Assembly: GCA_013265495.1 (NCBI GenBank)
Contig: MU062811.1
Coordinates: 3,691,462 to 3,755,461, forward strand
Direction: 5' to 3'
From: Vicugna vicugna
Taxonomy: Eukaryota
DNA: 64,000 bases
Below are positions 18,601 to 64,000 of the stretch, one piece after another. The stretch's first letter is position 1; every line of letters begins with the position of its first letter. A program made the position numbers and the translations under genes. A model generated the notes under the pieces. It made no database searches. It worked only from the letters and a program-made list of their open reading frames with translations, and had not been told where the DNA came from.

Positions 18601-21395
18601 GTCACAAAGGCTACCCACACTACTCCTGGACTGACCTCCTCTTCACCTCTGCCACTGTCGCCACCAGGTCTGGCTTGGACCTGCAACAGCCTTCAGCCAG
18701 GCCTCCAGTCTAGCCCCAACACCAGAGGGCTGCTCCACCTCTCAGATCGTCCATGGCTCCACAGTGCCCTCAGGACCAAACACAAGCCCTTCCCAATCCT
18801 TTGCCCTCAAGCCCTACTCCAGCCACACTGAACTACCTACAGGACTCCTATGTGACAGCTTTTAGTTTCTAAGCTTCTCACAAGTTGTTCTTTCTGCCTG
18901 CTCTTCCTGGTTTGAGCTCTTGCATTTCCTCCATGATGCTAAACCCCTGGCCAAGGAAGGGCCGTCAGCACTACCTTGGTGCCCCATGGCACCCTCTGCA
19001 TTCCCCTTTCACTGTTATCCTGCTCTGTCATTATCCTTGATTCTCTGTGGGTCTCTCCCCTCTACCTGGCTGTGAGCTACTCAAGGACAGCTCCTGGTCT
19101 AGACAGGTCCCCAGCATTCAGCCTGGGGCCTGACACCAAGAAGGTGTGAGAAAAATGTTTGTTGAATGACTGATGGATTGACAAAAAAGGAGAATCAGGA
19201 CCAGTAGGCAGTTCTCAGCACAGGGTAGGGAAGACTTCCAACTGGCTCAAGCATTCCCACAGTGGAATGGGCAGCCCCAGGAAGGAGTGAGCATCGCAAA
19301 CTGGGAGGAGACCAAGCAGGGCCTTGCAGGGCAAACTGACAAGGAACAAGAGGGACTTTCAGGAAGAAGCGGTGGCAGACCAGTGCTCCTCACCCAAATG
19401 TACATAAGAATTATCTCGGGATTTTCTTTAAGTGCAGGTTCTGATTCAGTAGGTCTGGGGTGGGGCCCAAGAATCTGCATTTCTAACAAGCTCCCAGGTG
19501 GTGTGGATGCTGCTTGGTCTACAGACCTTACTTTGAGAGGCAAGGCCTCAGATGACCTCTGATGCTCTCCTTTTGAAAAACCAGCTCTCCTGGGGTCCCC
19601 CTCCAGCCCAGGATCAGGATCAAGGCTAGGTGGCTGGGAGCTGGGCAGGCTGGGTTCAGACCAGGTCCAGTCGTAGGGCAGCAGTGCCCCGCCCACCTAC
19701 CACTTGCTCGTCCAGCGTGAGCAGCGTGCGGGGCACCTTCGGTGAAGCTGAGCCCAGGCGCAAGCAGGCTGGGCTCAGCCGCGGGGCCACGTGCTCTAGA
19801 AGCTTCCTTGGAGACAGGCCTCTTGGGGGCCCTGGAGGCAGTGCGTCCTCCGAGACAGTACCACGGAGGGTCCGGAGCTAAGAAAGGATATAGAGGCACT
19901 CAGGATACAACGGGCAGTTGAGGAGGCAATCCATGCCTGATTCCCATGGCTCCAGCCCACCTGCGTGGTCCGCACGATGATGCGGTAGCTGTGCAGAGTG
20001 CCCCCGCCGCTGCTCTCCTTTTCCTCCCGTCGCAGGCTCACTGCCACCGGGCCCAGCACCTCGTCCAGTCCAAAGAAGTTCTGGTGTTCTATGGGGCATG
20101 AGGGGTGGGTGACCAGTCCCATTCCTTGGTATTCCCACCCTCACCTGACCCTGCCCATCACTAAGTCCCGCCCCAGGTCCCATCTCAATGCTAGTTCAGA
20201 TCCTGGACTAAGTCCTGTCCCCTCCTCAGCCCCGCCAACATTCTAGCGGCCAGATCCCGGCCTGTGCCTGTACACTTGGCCCTATGCCTTGCCCTTCTGC
20301 AGCCCCACCCATATATCGTGCCCCAGACCCAGGGGGCCATGTCTGCCTTCTCAAAAGCCTAGATCCTGCATGGCCCCTCCCACCATGTCATATTCTTCTC
20401 CAGGATGTCTGGGGCCCTTCCTTCTGGGCACCGATGAGAACAAGGTTCCTGGGTGGAGGGGTTTGGTTTTCATGTCACAGAAATGTCCATAGGAAATCTT
20501 TCCCCAGCCTGGAGGAGTATGAGGATGAACCGGTTGGAGGCAGAGAAGTATGCCCGGCTGTGGGTGGAAGCTGGGGTTGGCCTTAGGGAGGTGGGTAAAG
20601 CTGGGCAGCCTTGGCCCAGAGGCAGAGCCTGACCCTTCCTGTGACCAGGGATTTGACAGGGAAAGGACAGCTCACTGCAGGTGACAGGGACCTCTGGCTC
20701 TCCCCTGCGGCCCTCCCCTCACCTTTGCCATAGAAGTACTTGCGGTAGTAGCCAGCGCCCAGGTCTGCGTGCTCCAGGCTGTAGGCCGAGGTGCGGTTCT
20801 GAGGCTCCTCCAGAACGGACACAGCTGCATTGGGCAGGGCAGGGGGCACAGGTGGAGACACCAGTCCACCCAGGCCCAGCTCGCCCTCACCCCCAAGCTC
20901 TCTCACAAAGCCAGGGGCTTCGAGCAGCAGGTCTGAGCTGGCCATGTGGTCCTGAGCCAAGGCTGGGGTCCCAGAGCCAGCCTCTGCATGGCCCCCTGTC
21001 CCCCATGGCTTTGGAGCCCAGTCAAAGAGCAGGCTCTGCACATCATAGTGGGCGAACCAGCGGGGCTCGGGCACTGGGGGAAAGGCGGGCTCTGGCTCCT
21101 CGGCTGGCAGCCCCAGCAGTGCCAGTGGGTCAGTGAAGACCCGGGCAGGGGGCGCAGTGGGGCGACTGGCCTCCTCATGGCTGTGGGCACGGGCGCGGGG
21201 GCTGGCTGGCGTGGGGGGGCGGGCCTCGCCCGCATCGCTGCCACTGCGCAGGAGCGGGCCCCGGGCTGGCCTGGGCTCGAAGGTGTGTGGTGTCAGCGGG
21301 GGCCGAGCTGGCTGGCGCAGCTTGCGGGCGAAGAGGTCATCTGTGGGCGCAGGGGCCGGGCCCCGCCGAGGGCTCCCCACGCCGCCGGCCCACAT
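12641..21395 (-). CDS. SIPA1: Signal-induced proliferation-associated protein 1 (Rap GAP, PDZ, C-terminal coiled coil); apparent +1 frameshift in the sixth-from-start large GC-rich exon
   Basis: Coding exons (5'->3'): 21395-20723, 20088-19961, 19877-19701, 17682-17508, 16795-16692, 16428-16271, 16172-15562 (611 nt, frameshift near 15835), 15292-15018, 14155-13934, 13819-13708, 13613-13505, 13414-13313, 13224-13170, 12969-12891, 12787-12641 (TGA). N-terminus [12 protein letters not shown]; RapGAP motifs ([25 protein letters not shown]); PDZ (LGFEVD); C-terminus LGSPTTDLA. 1041 aa once one base is removed. Confidence 0.95.
14340..14475 (+). mobile_element. MIR SINE
   Basis: TTTCTCCATCTGTGAAATGGGGATAATAGTACC MIR core. 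Confidence 0.7.
14490..14772 (+). mobile_element. MER58-family (hAT-Charlie) DNA transposon remnant
   Basis: GTCCATAAATAAAGTTTT...CATCTATGGATGCTTTCGTGCTACC...AGAGTCGAGTAGCTGC...GAGACCAGACGGCCCAAAAG matches the MER58 pattern. Confidence 0.7.
14900..16170. promoter_or_regulatory. Intragenic CpG island over the SIPA1 RapGAP/PDZ exons
   Basis: Very high GC and CpG density across exons 15018-15292 and 15562-16172 and the adjacent intron. Confidence 0.7.
14960..14998. repeat. 17-bp tandem duplication (CTCCCGGGTCCTCCCAC x2 plus a partial copy)
   Basis: Seen directly, 20-60 nt into the SIPA1 intron after the PDZ exon donor. Confidence 0.9.
18200..19180 (+). mobile_element. L2 LINE fragment
   Basis: Pyrimidine-rich L2 body ending in ATGTTTGTTGAATGACTGATGG, similar to the L2 3' end. 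Confidence 0.55.
19381..19545 (-). mobile_element. MER5A (hAT-Charlie) MITE
   Basis: TTCTGATTCAGTAGGTCTGGGGTGGGGCCCAAGAATCTGCATTTCTAACAAGCTCCCAGGTG is the reverse of the MER5A core. Confidence 0.8.
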
Positions 21396-23440
21396 GGGCG
21401 TGCCTCGGACCTGGCTCTCGGGGTGCCGGACCGCATTGGCGGGCACGGGTGGTTGGTGCCCAGTCGGCTGGCAGTTCCTGTCCTGAGGGAAGAGGGGGCT
21501 GCTCAGAGGGGCCTGGGGAGAAAACAGGAACCCAGGCCCCCAGCCTGGTCCTCCACCACACGGGGTGGCTTCCGGCCCCCTCCGAGACCATCAAAGCCAC
21601 TTCCGCTTTCCTGGCCACTTCCTTGTCTGCCTGGGGCTGAGGTTTCCAGCCCCCTCCTCCAGCTTAGCGCTGGGCAGGGCCAGGGGCTGGGCTGTCAGGG
21701 CCTTGGACCTGAGGGTCTTGGAGCCTGAGTGGCCCTTGGGCTTTCAGGGTTCCCCAGTTTCCACTCACACTCCTTAAGTTTGGTCTGGGGTCAGAGTGAG
21801 GGTCCCTACCAAGAGCTGGCGCAACCGGACAGATGATTTGTCGGCTGGGACGGGAAACCCATGGGGCCACTGGTGTCTGGGTCCTGCCCACTTGACAAAG
21901 GGAGGACGTCCTGTCCCCAGAGACCTTCCTCCCTGCTCCTCCCACTTCCTCCAGGATCCCAGAGGAGCTGAGCACCCAGAGGCCAGGTCTCAATGCCCAG
22001 GCCGTCATGGTCTCAATACCTCAAGGACACAGGGGTTCAAGAGGGGACACTGGCAGGGGAGCAGGAACAGTAAGAGGACTTCCTTCGGCACAGGAAATGG
22101 CCCCAACTCTGGGCCCAGCCCCCTGCCCAGCCCCACATCCTGAGCAAAGTGCTGGGGTCATACTAGCTCAATCATGGGACCTAAGTCACCATAACCTGAA
22201 GGACAGGCCTGGGCTGACCCTCTTGCAGGCTACTGTGACCATGTCTGGGGTAAGGGGAGGGAGTCACGATGACTTGGTCCCTTTTCTGGAACTGGGACCC
22301 ATGGGGACTTTTGCCTACCTGGCTTCACTGATGCTGACTGGGAAGTCTGAACCGCATACAAGAGTCAAACTGAAGTCCAGATAAAGGGATGCTCGTGCCT
22401 GAAGCAATTTCATGTCAGGGCTAGTATTTGAAGCTGGTCTGTCAATCTCTAGGGTTTAACCAGGGTCTATCCCTGTGTGTGTCAGTGTGGGGCAGGTAGG
22501 GGGTTGGGCTAAGGCTTAAGGTCTCACAGGATGTTAAGAGTGAGACACCCAAGGCCCCAGGGACCTGCTAAGTGCGGAAATGTGTCAAGACCAGACGCAG
22601 GTGCAAAGAGTGGTGTGAGAACGTGATGAGGAGCCACCTCCAGGTGAACCCAGGATGGAGTGAGTGGGGTGGGGGGGAAGGGATGTAGGGATCACTGGGG
22701 GTGCAGGCACCTACTGGGTCTCTGTGTATCATCCAGTGACACTGTGGAACTGGGCTAGGAGAGGGTGAGGGCAGAGGTTCCGTGCACCCCTTGGCTTAAG
22801 CTCCAGAACCAAGCAAGTTCAGACCTCCAAAGCTCAGAGTGCCTCCTCCCTTGGTTTCTCCCAGGACAAGTTCTTGATGCTGACCCTGAGCCTCTGTTCT
22901 CTCATCAGAAAAATGGGGTTAACCCTTTCCTGTCCTCTCCCAATACTGCTGGGAGACTGAAAGGAAGGTGAAGCAAGTGAAGCCACCATGTGCTAAGTGT
23001 GTCGTGGCAGATGCAGGCCCTAGCTCTATGTGCCAAGCTCCAGGGCCTGGGCCATGGTGTGTGTGATGTGTGTATGATGGGGGCGAGAGGGGACATGTGA
23101 GAGGGGGTCTGTGCAGGCCCCTGTTCCGTGTGGGCTGAGCTCTGTGTCCGTGTGCGTGCACTGCCTCTTGCTCTGGCGTAGTGCCGGGCTCTGGCTCTGC
23201 CTTGGGGGCTGTTCTTGGGCTCTGTCCCCCACCCAGCAGCTTCACACAGGGTCCATTGAGGCCGGGACATTCCTCGCGGCCTGTGTCACAGTGGGGGAGG
23301 NNNNNNNNNNNNNNNNNNNNNNNNNNNNNNNNNNNNNNNNNNNNNNNNNNNNNNNNNNNNNNNNNNNNNNNNNNNNNNNNNNNNNNNNNNNNNNNNNNNN
23401 NNNNNNNNNNNNNNNNNNNNNNNNNNNNNNNNNNNNNNNN

Positions 23441-24130
23441 GGGATTGGGGCGCGGTGTGCAAAGATTGGGGAGGAAGCCGCCCAGGGAGAAGGGGAGCCC
23501 CAGAACAGGGGGAGCCCCGCACGCCGCCGGCAGCTGGGCAGTCGCCAGCGCCGCTGAGAAGAGTAAGGAGCCGCCGCATCCACTTATCCGCACACCGGCC
23601 GGGCCGGACCGTCATGCAGAGGGAGGGCGGGGGTGCGGCGCCTGCCAGAGGCAGGGGACTGGACATGCTGACTTGGGACTGGAGCCCAGTTGGAGGTTGG
23701 GAGAGTGCAGGAGGCAAACACAGCGAGGACCCCCTCTCACCCACACACCACCCGGACCCACGCCAAACCACCTTCTCCCCTGTCCGGCCCAACTGAGGTG
23801 CCTCCACTCCCCCGCACCCGCCGGTACCTCTGGGGCTCCCGCCCGGCCGCCTCCTCCGGCGCTGGGGTCCCGCTGCCTGCTCTCCCGCTACCGCTCCGGG
23901 CGCCGGCTCCGCCTGGGGGCGGGGCCACACGGGGGCGGGGCCGCAGCGGAGGGGGCAGGGCCGACCCGGGAGCTGTGTGCGGCGGGAAGCGCAGTGGGCG
24001 GGGGCTCCAGGCCTGGCGGTGGTCAGTCCCGCGGTCTGAGCGCCTGCCAGAGACAGGCCCAGCTCTGGGAACCGTTGAGCCTCCAGCCCTCGGCCGAGAA
24101 ACCGAACAAGTGTACCTGCCTTCCAGACCA
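23441..24130 (-). promoter_or_regulatory. SIPA1: SIPA1 CpG-island promoter and candidate non-coding exon 1 (donor GAG|GTACCG, exon ending at 23828)
   Basis: CpG-rich; tandem GC boxes (GGGGCGGGG) at 23906-23945; a minus-strand donor lies upstream of the coding exon acceptor at about 21477-21482. Confidence 0.65.
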
Positions 24131-24633
24131 ACTGGTAGGGCTAGACCAGGACACCTAGCGTTAGCTGCAGCCGTGCGTATAGGAAGTGCTCAGAGTACCA
24201 CTATGAGCGCTCATCAACACTGGGCCCTGCTCTACAGCCGCTCTCGTGTACTTTTGAAACACCTTAGACAGGTGTCACCTCTTTATAGCTGGAGAAACTA
24301 AGATTCAGATAAAGACTTTTGGCCAAGGTCAAGGCTGATAATCGTAGAAACCTGCCACTAGAGCGGGAAGTCTTTGTTGTTTGGAGATGAGAAAGGGAAC
24401 AATGCAAACTTCAGATCAAGCCTGAAAAGGGAACAGGCTTGTGAGGAAGAGGACCCAGTCCTACCCGAACCCCACCTTGGTCTAACTTTGATATCCATCA
24501 TAACCCAACTCCACAGCCGATGCATCCCTCTGTGCTCACCTATCCTGACCCTCCACCCGAACATCCCCAGAAAAAAGAAACTACCAACCAAAATCAAAAA
24601 TAGTGTTATTAATTCTGGTGTCTCCGAAGCACG

Positions 24634-24666
24634 AAAAAAAAAAAGAAAAAAAAAAAAAAAGAAAAA
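24634..24666 (-). repeat. Poly(U) tract in the PCNX3 3'UTR
   Basis: A-run on the + strand. Confidence 0.9.
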
Positions 24667-25045
24667 CAACCCCCCCCTTCCCACATTTCAGCCCCAAGTC
24701 CAGGCCAAGGGGCTGCCCCTGCAGGCAGTGTAGGCCGAGGGGCCAAGTCAATCTTGGCCATGGGCTTGAAGTGGGACCAGCCCATGGGTTTGGCTCTCAG
24801 GGCCTGGCTAGGAGGCTGCCTTCCTCAGTTTGGGGAGCCCAGGCCTTGGATTAGGGATGAGAGATCAGGGGTCAAGGTCAGAGGTCTGGGCTACTCAGTT
24901 CTGGTGCTCTGGCTAACACAGCCAGAGGTGAGGGTTCACATGTGGGAGCCAAAGCCACTCAGTTCTGTGGTCCAGCAGAAAGGGCCAAAGGCCAAGGGTC
25001 CAAGTTACTGAATCTTGGGCTGGGACCCAGAGGGCACCAGGCCAC

Positions 25046-44856
<19,811 letters not shown>

Positions 44857-44919
44857 NNNNNNNNNNNNNNNNNNNNNNNNNNNNNNNNNNNNNNNNNNNN
44901 NNNNNNNNNNNNNNNNCAT

Positions 44920-46440
44920 GCCCCTCCTGGCGCCCGAAGGCCCCGGGGCCGGGGCTCGCGCTCACGCCATGGTCTCCCCCAGCGGGGGAGAGGGGTCTGT
45001 GGAGCGAGGGTGCGGGCAGGGGGCGGGGCCGGCTGGGGCAGTCAGCGGTGTGAGACCCAGGCGCGGGGGTGGAGCCGCATCAGGGGCGGGGTCCTGGCCC
45101 CCAACCCTGGCCCAGAACTGCTCCCAAGGGTCGGGCCGGCAGGTAGGCGCGGGGCACGGGCCGGGCACCCGTCGACGGCATCCAGAGGTGGGCGTGGGGT
45201 AGGTGCTCCAGAGGTGCAGGCGACGGCTCCCTCGGTTCCGGCCCGGGGAGAACCCCGGGACCCTGAGGTCCACTTCCGGGGTCACAGGTCACTCGCTTCT
45301 GACTCTGCGCTCGCCCCGCTTTTACGGGAGCCGGCCCAAGGGGGAGGCCGGAAGAAGGAGCCGCGAGCCGCCAACCTGCAGTAGCGCATGCGCCCGACTA
45401 GTCTAGTCAGGACCCGGAAAAGGAAAGTCTGGCGGCATGAATGCGCAAGCGCAGGGAGGTGGTAGAGCGATGAGAAGCGGGAGAGCTCTTTGAGCGTGCG
45501 CAGAGTCCGGGTCTAAGGGTAGGGACGATCGGAAAGGCAGAAGTGCTTGGGCGCATGCGCACACCTAAGCGATGCCAACCTAGCGGAGTCCACTGGGCGG
45601 AACTGAAGGGGTAATTAAGTGGTCATTGAATAATGGCGTAGTTAATTGGCGCAAAGCTCTCCCAGTGAGCTACAAGAGGCGGGGAAAAGGATGGAGGCGT
45701 GGACTCCCCTGGCTTAAAGCTACAGTTCTGCGCTACGGGAGCACGCCCTCTTTAGTGCGAGACCTCAAACGTCACGAGCTGCCTCTACTTCCGGGTCAGA
45801 GCTCAGACAAATTGTAGAGAGCGACCCTCCAGAACAGGCAGGACTAGTCGAAATAGGATAGCGTCGTTCTTCTTAAAGTGACGGGCTGAAGGCAATTGTC
45901 AATCCAGCGGTTGCAAGGGCGATTTAGCTATTCTGAATCCAATCACTGGCCGAATTTCAAGACGACAATCTCAGGTTTCCGCCCCCTCATGGGGAAGAGG
46001 TATGAATAAGTGGATTGTTTCCCGGGTGAGGGGAAGAGGAGAACCTTAGACAATCCGTTCCAAGTGTTAGAGGTGCAGCCAATTCCGTCCTCCAGCAATC
46101 TTACCCACCCCCATCCCACTGGCTCTGCGAGGCTGAGCTTCTGACCCGTTTCAGATATGAAGAGAATGAGGCACAGGGAGGATGGGTCACACAGCCCTGC
46201 AACTTCGGAGCCAAGACAAGTTTGTCCCTCCGGTTTACCCCTCTTCCAAGCCAGATTCTTTGCCCCAATTTTGCTGATGCAGTTGTAGACTGCGGTGATG
46301 GCCAGTCCTTAGCAGAAACCAACCTCAATCCCAAACCTGCTGTCATGGGGGTTCGGGGCTACCTTTCCCCTCCTTTTGCCTCTCCTTGCCGGCCTACCCA
46401 GGAACTCCCTGGTTCAGTCGCCCCGCAGCCTCTGGGAGGG
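44920..46440. promoter_or_regulatory. Bidirectional CpG-island promoter shared by PCNX3 (-) and MAP3K11 (+)
   Basis: Head-to-head genes. NRF1 palindromes GCGCATGCGC 45384-45393 and 45551-45560; ETS/GABP cores CACTTCCGG 45271-45279 and ACTTCCGG near 45788; GC boxes 45020-45090; CCAAT boxes near 45645, 45939 and 46079. Confidence 0.8.
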
Positions 46441-46971
46441 NNNNNNNNNNNNNNNNNNNNNNNNNNNNNNNNNNNNNNNNNNNNNNNNNNNNNNNNNNNN
46501 NNNNNNNNNNNNNNNNNNNNNNNNNNNNNNNNNNNNNNNNNNNNNNNNNNNNNNNNNNNNNNNNNNNNNNNNNNNNNNNNNNNNNNNNCATTGGGTCGAG
46601 AGAGCCGAGCCGGGAAGAGGCAGCTCCACCTAACACTCCAGCCACCCCCTGCGCAAAGAGACCCAACCGAACTCTAGGCGCTGCCCCTTGCTGGTCCCAC
46701 CTTACACTTAGTGGGTGGTGGAGCCAGGGTCCCAGGACTGCTCCGGACTGAGGGACGCCCGGTCCCCTCTGTGCTGGCCATGGTGAGACGCCGGAGGCCC
46801 CGGGGGCCCACCCCCCGAGCCTGACCACACTGCCCTAGGNNNNNNNNNNNNNNNNNNNNNNNNNNNNNNNNNNNNNNNNNNNNNNNNNNNNNNNNNNNNN
46901 NNNNNNNNNNNNNNNNNNNNNNNNNNNNNNNNNNNNNNNNNNNNNNNNNNNNNNNNNNNNNNNNNNNNNNN

Positions 46972-61139
<14,168 letters not shown>

Positions 61140-61639
61140 GTGGGTCAGGCTGCTCCCCACGCTCCAGCTGCTCTTGAGGAGCCACTGCTACACTGGAATC
61201 AGAGCCGAGCAAGCCTCTCTAGCTGTCTTGGTTTCGCCCAGGGACCCCGCCCCCTTTGGGGGTCAGGAACACTACACTGCACAGGAAGCCTTCACACTGG
61301 ATGGGGGGCCTGCCCCCCACACACCTGCAATGTGTGGGTCCCCCGACTTACCCGCCCCATTGGGGCCTGACACTGTACCCAGCTGGTTAGGAGGACCAGA
61401 GCCTGTCTCAGGGAATTGCCCCGAGGGGTGGTACAGGGAGGAGGGGAGGTGCCAGGGAGAGGGGCCGGCCTTAGCTGTCACCAGCACTTTTGACCAAGTC
61501 CTGCTACTGTGGCCCCTGCCCCAGGGCTTAGTGTCTGGACCCCCCTGCCCTGGGGGTCATCTGGGGCCGGGGCTCTCTGGGTGCCTTCCTGCTGCCCCGG
61601 CCAGGGTTGGGGCCTTGGCCTTGGGATCCAATGAAGCCA

Positions 61640-61645
61640 AATAAA
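61640..61645 (+). terminator. MAP3K11 polyadenylation signal AATAAA
   Basis: Canonical hexamer about 500 nt after the stop. Confidence 0.8.
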
Positions 61646-63121
61646 CTCCCCAAGCTGTCTCCCCAAGCATAGCCTGTCACCTTTTGAAGAGGTAACTGGG
61701 GGATCCAGACTGTCACATGACCCTGGTGACCTCATACCCCCAGCACAATGGGAGTTGGCCTGGGCCTAGGCTGGGATGCTTTGCGCCGCACTCCTCTCCT
61801 GGGACCAAGTCCACTTGAGCATCAGGCATTCAAGGCCCTTCTCAGCCCCACTGGCACCCACGTGCTCAGACCTCTCTCACCTTCTCCCACCCAGACTCTT
61901 CCCACCATTTCAAGCAACTGTATTTGCCCTTATTCTTCCTGTTGCTGGTGGTCCCTGCTTATCCTCAGGGCCCAGCTGCAACATCACCTCCCCTGGGACA
62001 CCTTCCCAGTGCCACTTCCGCCCCAAACAGCTCACTGAACTCAGGACCCCACAGCCCTCTGGGCGGCATCTAGGGGGTGTGTCCTGGGTTTGTTTCTATC
62101 CCGCGGTCTGGACACAGGAGGAGTCACCCACCCTGACATCTGGCTCCACTCACGCGTCTCTTACTGCCACGGGGTTCTGCAGACTACCCCTCCCACACCA
62201 TGCCCTAGGGCAGAGGCCCTGGGACTCAGCCCCTCCATGGTTTTATGGGAGTCATGTTCCAGTCTCCCTCTCCCCCTCCCCTGCACACTCCAATGGCAGC
62301 CAGACCTTCTGTGCCTCCAGTGTTCAGCAGGGTGGGGACTCGGGAGGGCCGGGCACCAAAGGTTCTCAGGGAGGACTCAGAATGGAGGGAGCATCATCTG
62401 TCCAGGGCTCTCAGGGCGTCCTCCACTCCCTACCTCACCACCCAGCCCCCACCTGGCCCATCCCAAGTCCCACCATTCCTCTCCCACTCCGCTGTCCAGG
62501 CTGCCACCCTTCCATTACAGATGCCTGCAGTAGCCCCTTCCCCCCAACCGGTCACCTGAGCCACACTTGTCCTCAAGGCCCTATATCCTAACCCACTTTA
62601 CCTCCTGTTTCTCTCGCCGCTCAAGGTCTTTCCCACCTGGACTGGCCTCTTCTCCTCCCCAGCTGGAATGTCACCCTGCGTCTGCTCTCTTCCCTGGTGT
62701 CCTCAGGATCTAGGCACCTGCTGAGTGGGTGAATGGGTCTGTGTGACTGAGGTCGTCCTTGAATGAACCACTACAGTGTGATTGGAGCCTAAGTTACCTC
62801 TCTGGGCCTTGCCTTCCTCCAGCCTGCCTCTGCCGACCACCCAGCTTAGAGAAGTTGGGCAAAACAAATGTCTTGCCCCCAGAAACTGGAAAGAGTGAGT
62901 CAGCTCATCTCCGAGCATGAACTGCCTCCCTGCCCTTCCAGTCCCACTCACCCCAGCTTGTGTCACAGGCTTTTCTCCCTCCCCAGCCACCCACACCTCC
63001 TCCCAGCCCCAGGCATCTCCTCCCCAGGCACCTCCTCCCTGCCCCACCCTGCCTGGCCCCTCCCAGGTGCCTGTGGTGGAGCAGTCGGCACCTGTGACAT
63101 ACGCTGAGAGGGCGGTATACC

Positions 63122-63440
63122 ATGGGGGCTCTAAGGCCCTGGGCCCGATACGGGCTACTGGTTGTGGCCCACCTGCTTGCTCTGGGGCTTGGGGCTGCAG
63201 TGTTCCAGGCCCTGGAGGGACCTCCAGCACTCCGGCTCCAGGCCAAACTCAGGGCCGAGCTGGCCATTTTCCAGGCAGAGTATGGGGCCTGCCTGCCCCC
63301 CAGGGCACTGGACGAGCTGCTGGACATCGCCCTGGCAGCCCAGGCCTACAGGGTTTCCAGCCTGGGCAATGGCTCTGAGACCAGGAACTGGGATCTGCCC
63401 TCGGCCCTGCTCTTCACTGCCAGCATCCTCACTACCACGG
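63122..63440 (+). CDS. KCNK7: Potassium two-pore domain channel subfamily K member 7, coding exon 1 (gene continues beyond the window)
   Basis: MGALRPWARYGLLVVAHLLALGLGAAVFQALEGPP...WDLPSALLFTASILTTT then G|GTAAGG donor just before the GYG pore motif. Position downstream of MAP3K11 matches the known gene order. Confidence 0.93.
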
Positions 63441-64000
63441 GTAAGGCCGCCATGCGGCCGGGCAGGAAGGGACTCTTGAGGCCATTGCTACCTGGGGTCC
63501 CTGGGGTTGCAGCCCTTCCCCTAGCCCCAGAGTGCTAGACAGAGCCTTATTAGGCTTGATATCATGGCTGGGGCTCCCCACACCAACACACCCCAAATGG
63601 TGCCTCAACTTAAGCTGCCAGGAAGGGTGGGGCTGAGAGGCTACCCTTTGAGTCCCAGGAGAGGTACCCAGGCCCCATGGGCCTGTGGCAAGACTGAGAA
63701 CACGTATTGTGGGATTGATTCTTGGACAGAGGGAAATGGAGTGAACCCAGGGAGTACAGATTAGGACCACCAACTTGGGAGGAGTGTGTGGGAAGACTTC
63801 TGGGGGAAGGTATGATGAGATCTTAGCCAAGGCAGGGGGGAACAGGGATGAGACATGAAGGGATTCCTGGCAGAGGGAACAGCATGTGTGAAGGCCCAGA
63901 GAAATAAAGCAATGGGACCCACAGCCCTGGGGTTTTCTGTCCTGCAAAGTGTCTAAACATTTTAAAAATTAAAGTCCATTTTTCCATCTTTTGGAAAAAC

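Noticed and set aside
20681-21728. Several 110-260 aa ORFs antisense to SIPA1 coding exon 1
   Set aside because: Antisense or alternate-frame shadows of a GC-rich coding exon; no domain signature.
23111-24301. 200-325 aa ORFs at the SIPA1 promoter
   Set aside because: They run through an N gap and a CpG island; low-complexity G/P/R/A composition.
61776-62591. 271-aa ORF between MAP3K11 and KCNK7
   Set aside because: Starts at a non-ATG codon, is Pro/Ser-rich in pyrimidine-rich intergenic DNA, and has no domain or supporting exon structure.

Overview
Mammalian genomic DNA, syntenic with human 11q13.1 in reverse orientation. It is probably laurasiatherian; the RELA protein looks cetartiodactyl-like, which is an inference. 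Five protein-coding genes were reconstructed exon by exon from GT-AG boundaries and reading-frame phase. They are RELA (+; exon 1 ATG hidden in an N gap), SIPA1 (-; apparent +1 frameshift in a GC-rich exon), PCNX3 (-; 35 exons), MAP3K11/MLK3 (+; 10 coding exons, head-to-head with PCNX3) and the first exon of KCNK7 (+). The only interspersed repeats recognised are ancient (MIR, L2, MER5A, MER58, a MER21-like solo LTR with intact TSD). Six N gaps lie in GC-rich first exons or promoters. I found no convincing novel protein-coding system: the many extra ORFs are antisense or alternate-frame shadows. The most interesting unexplained signals are regulatory. They are a 5-copy AP-1+TTTCCCC composite array in RELA intron 1, an orphan CpG-rich promoter-like element between the convergent 3' ends of RELA and SIPA1, a probable U12-type intron in PCNX3, strong-Kozak uORFs on both sides of the PCNX3/MAP3K11 bidirectional promoter, and candidate internal promoters or first exons in MAP3K11. 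Comparisons with human sequences are from memory of the orthologues, not from a database search.
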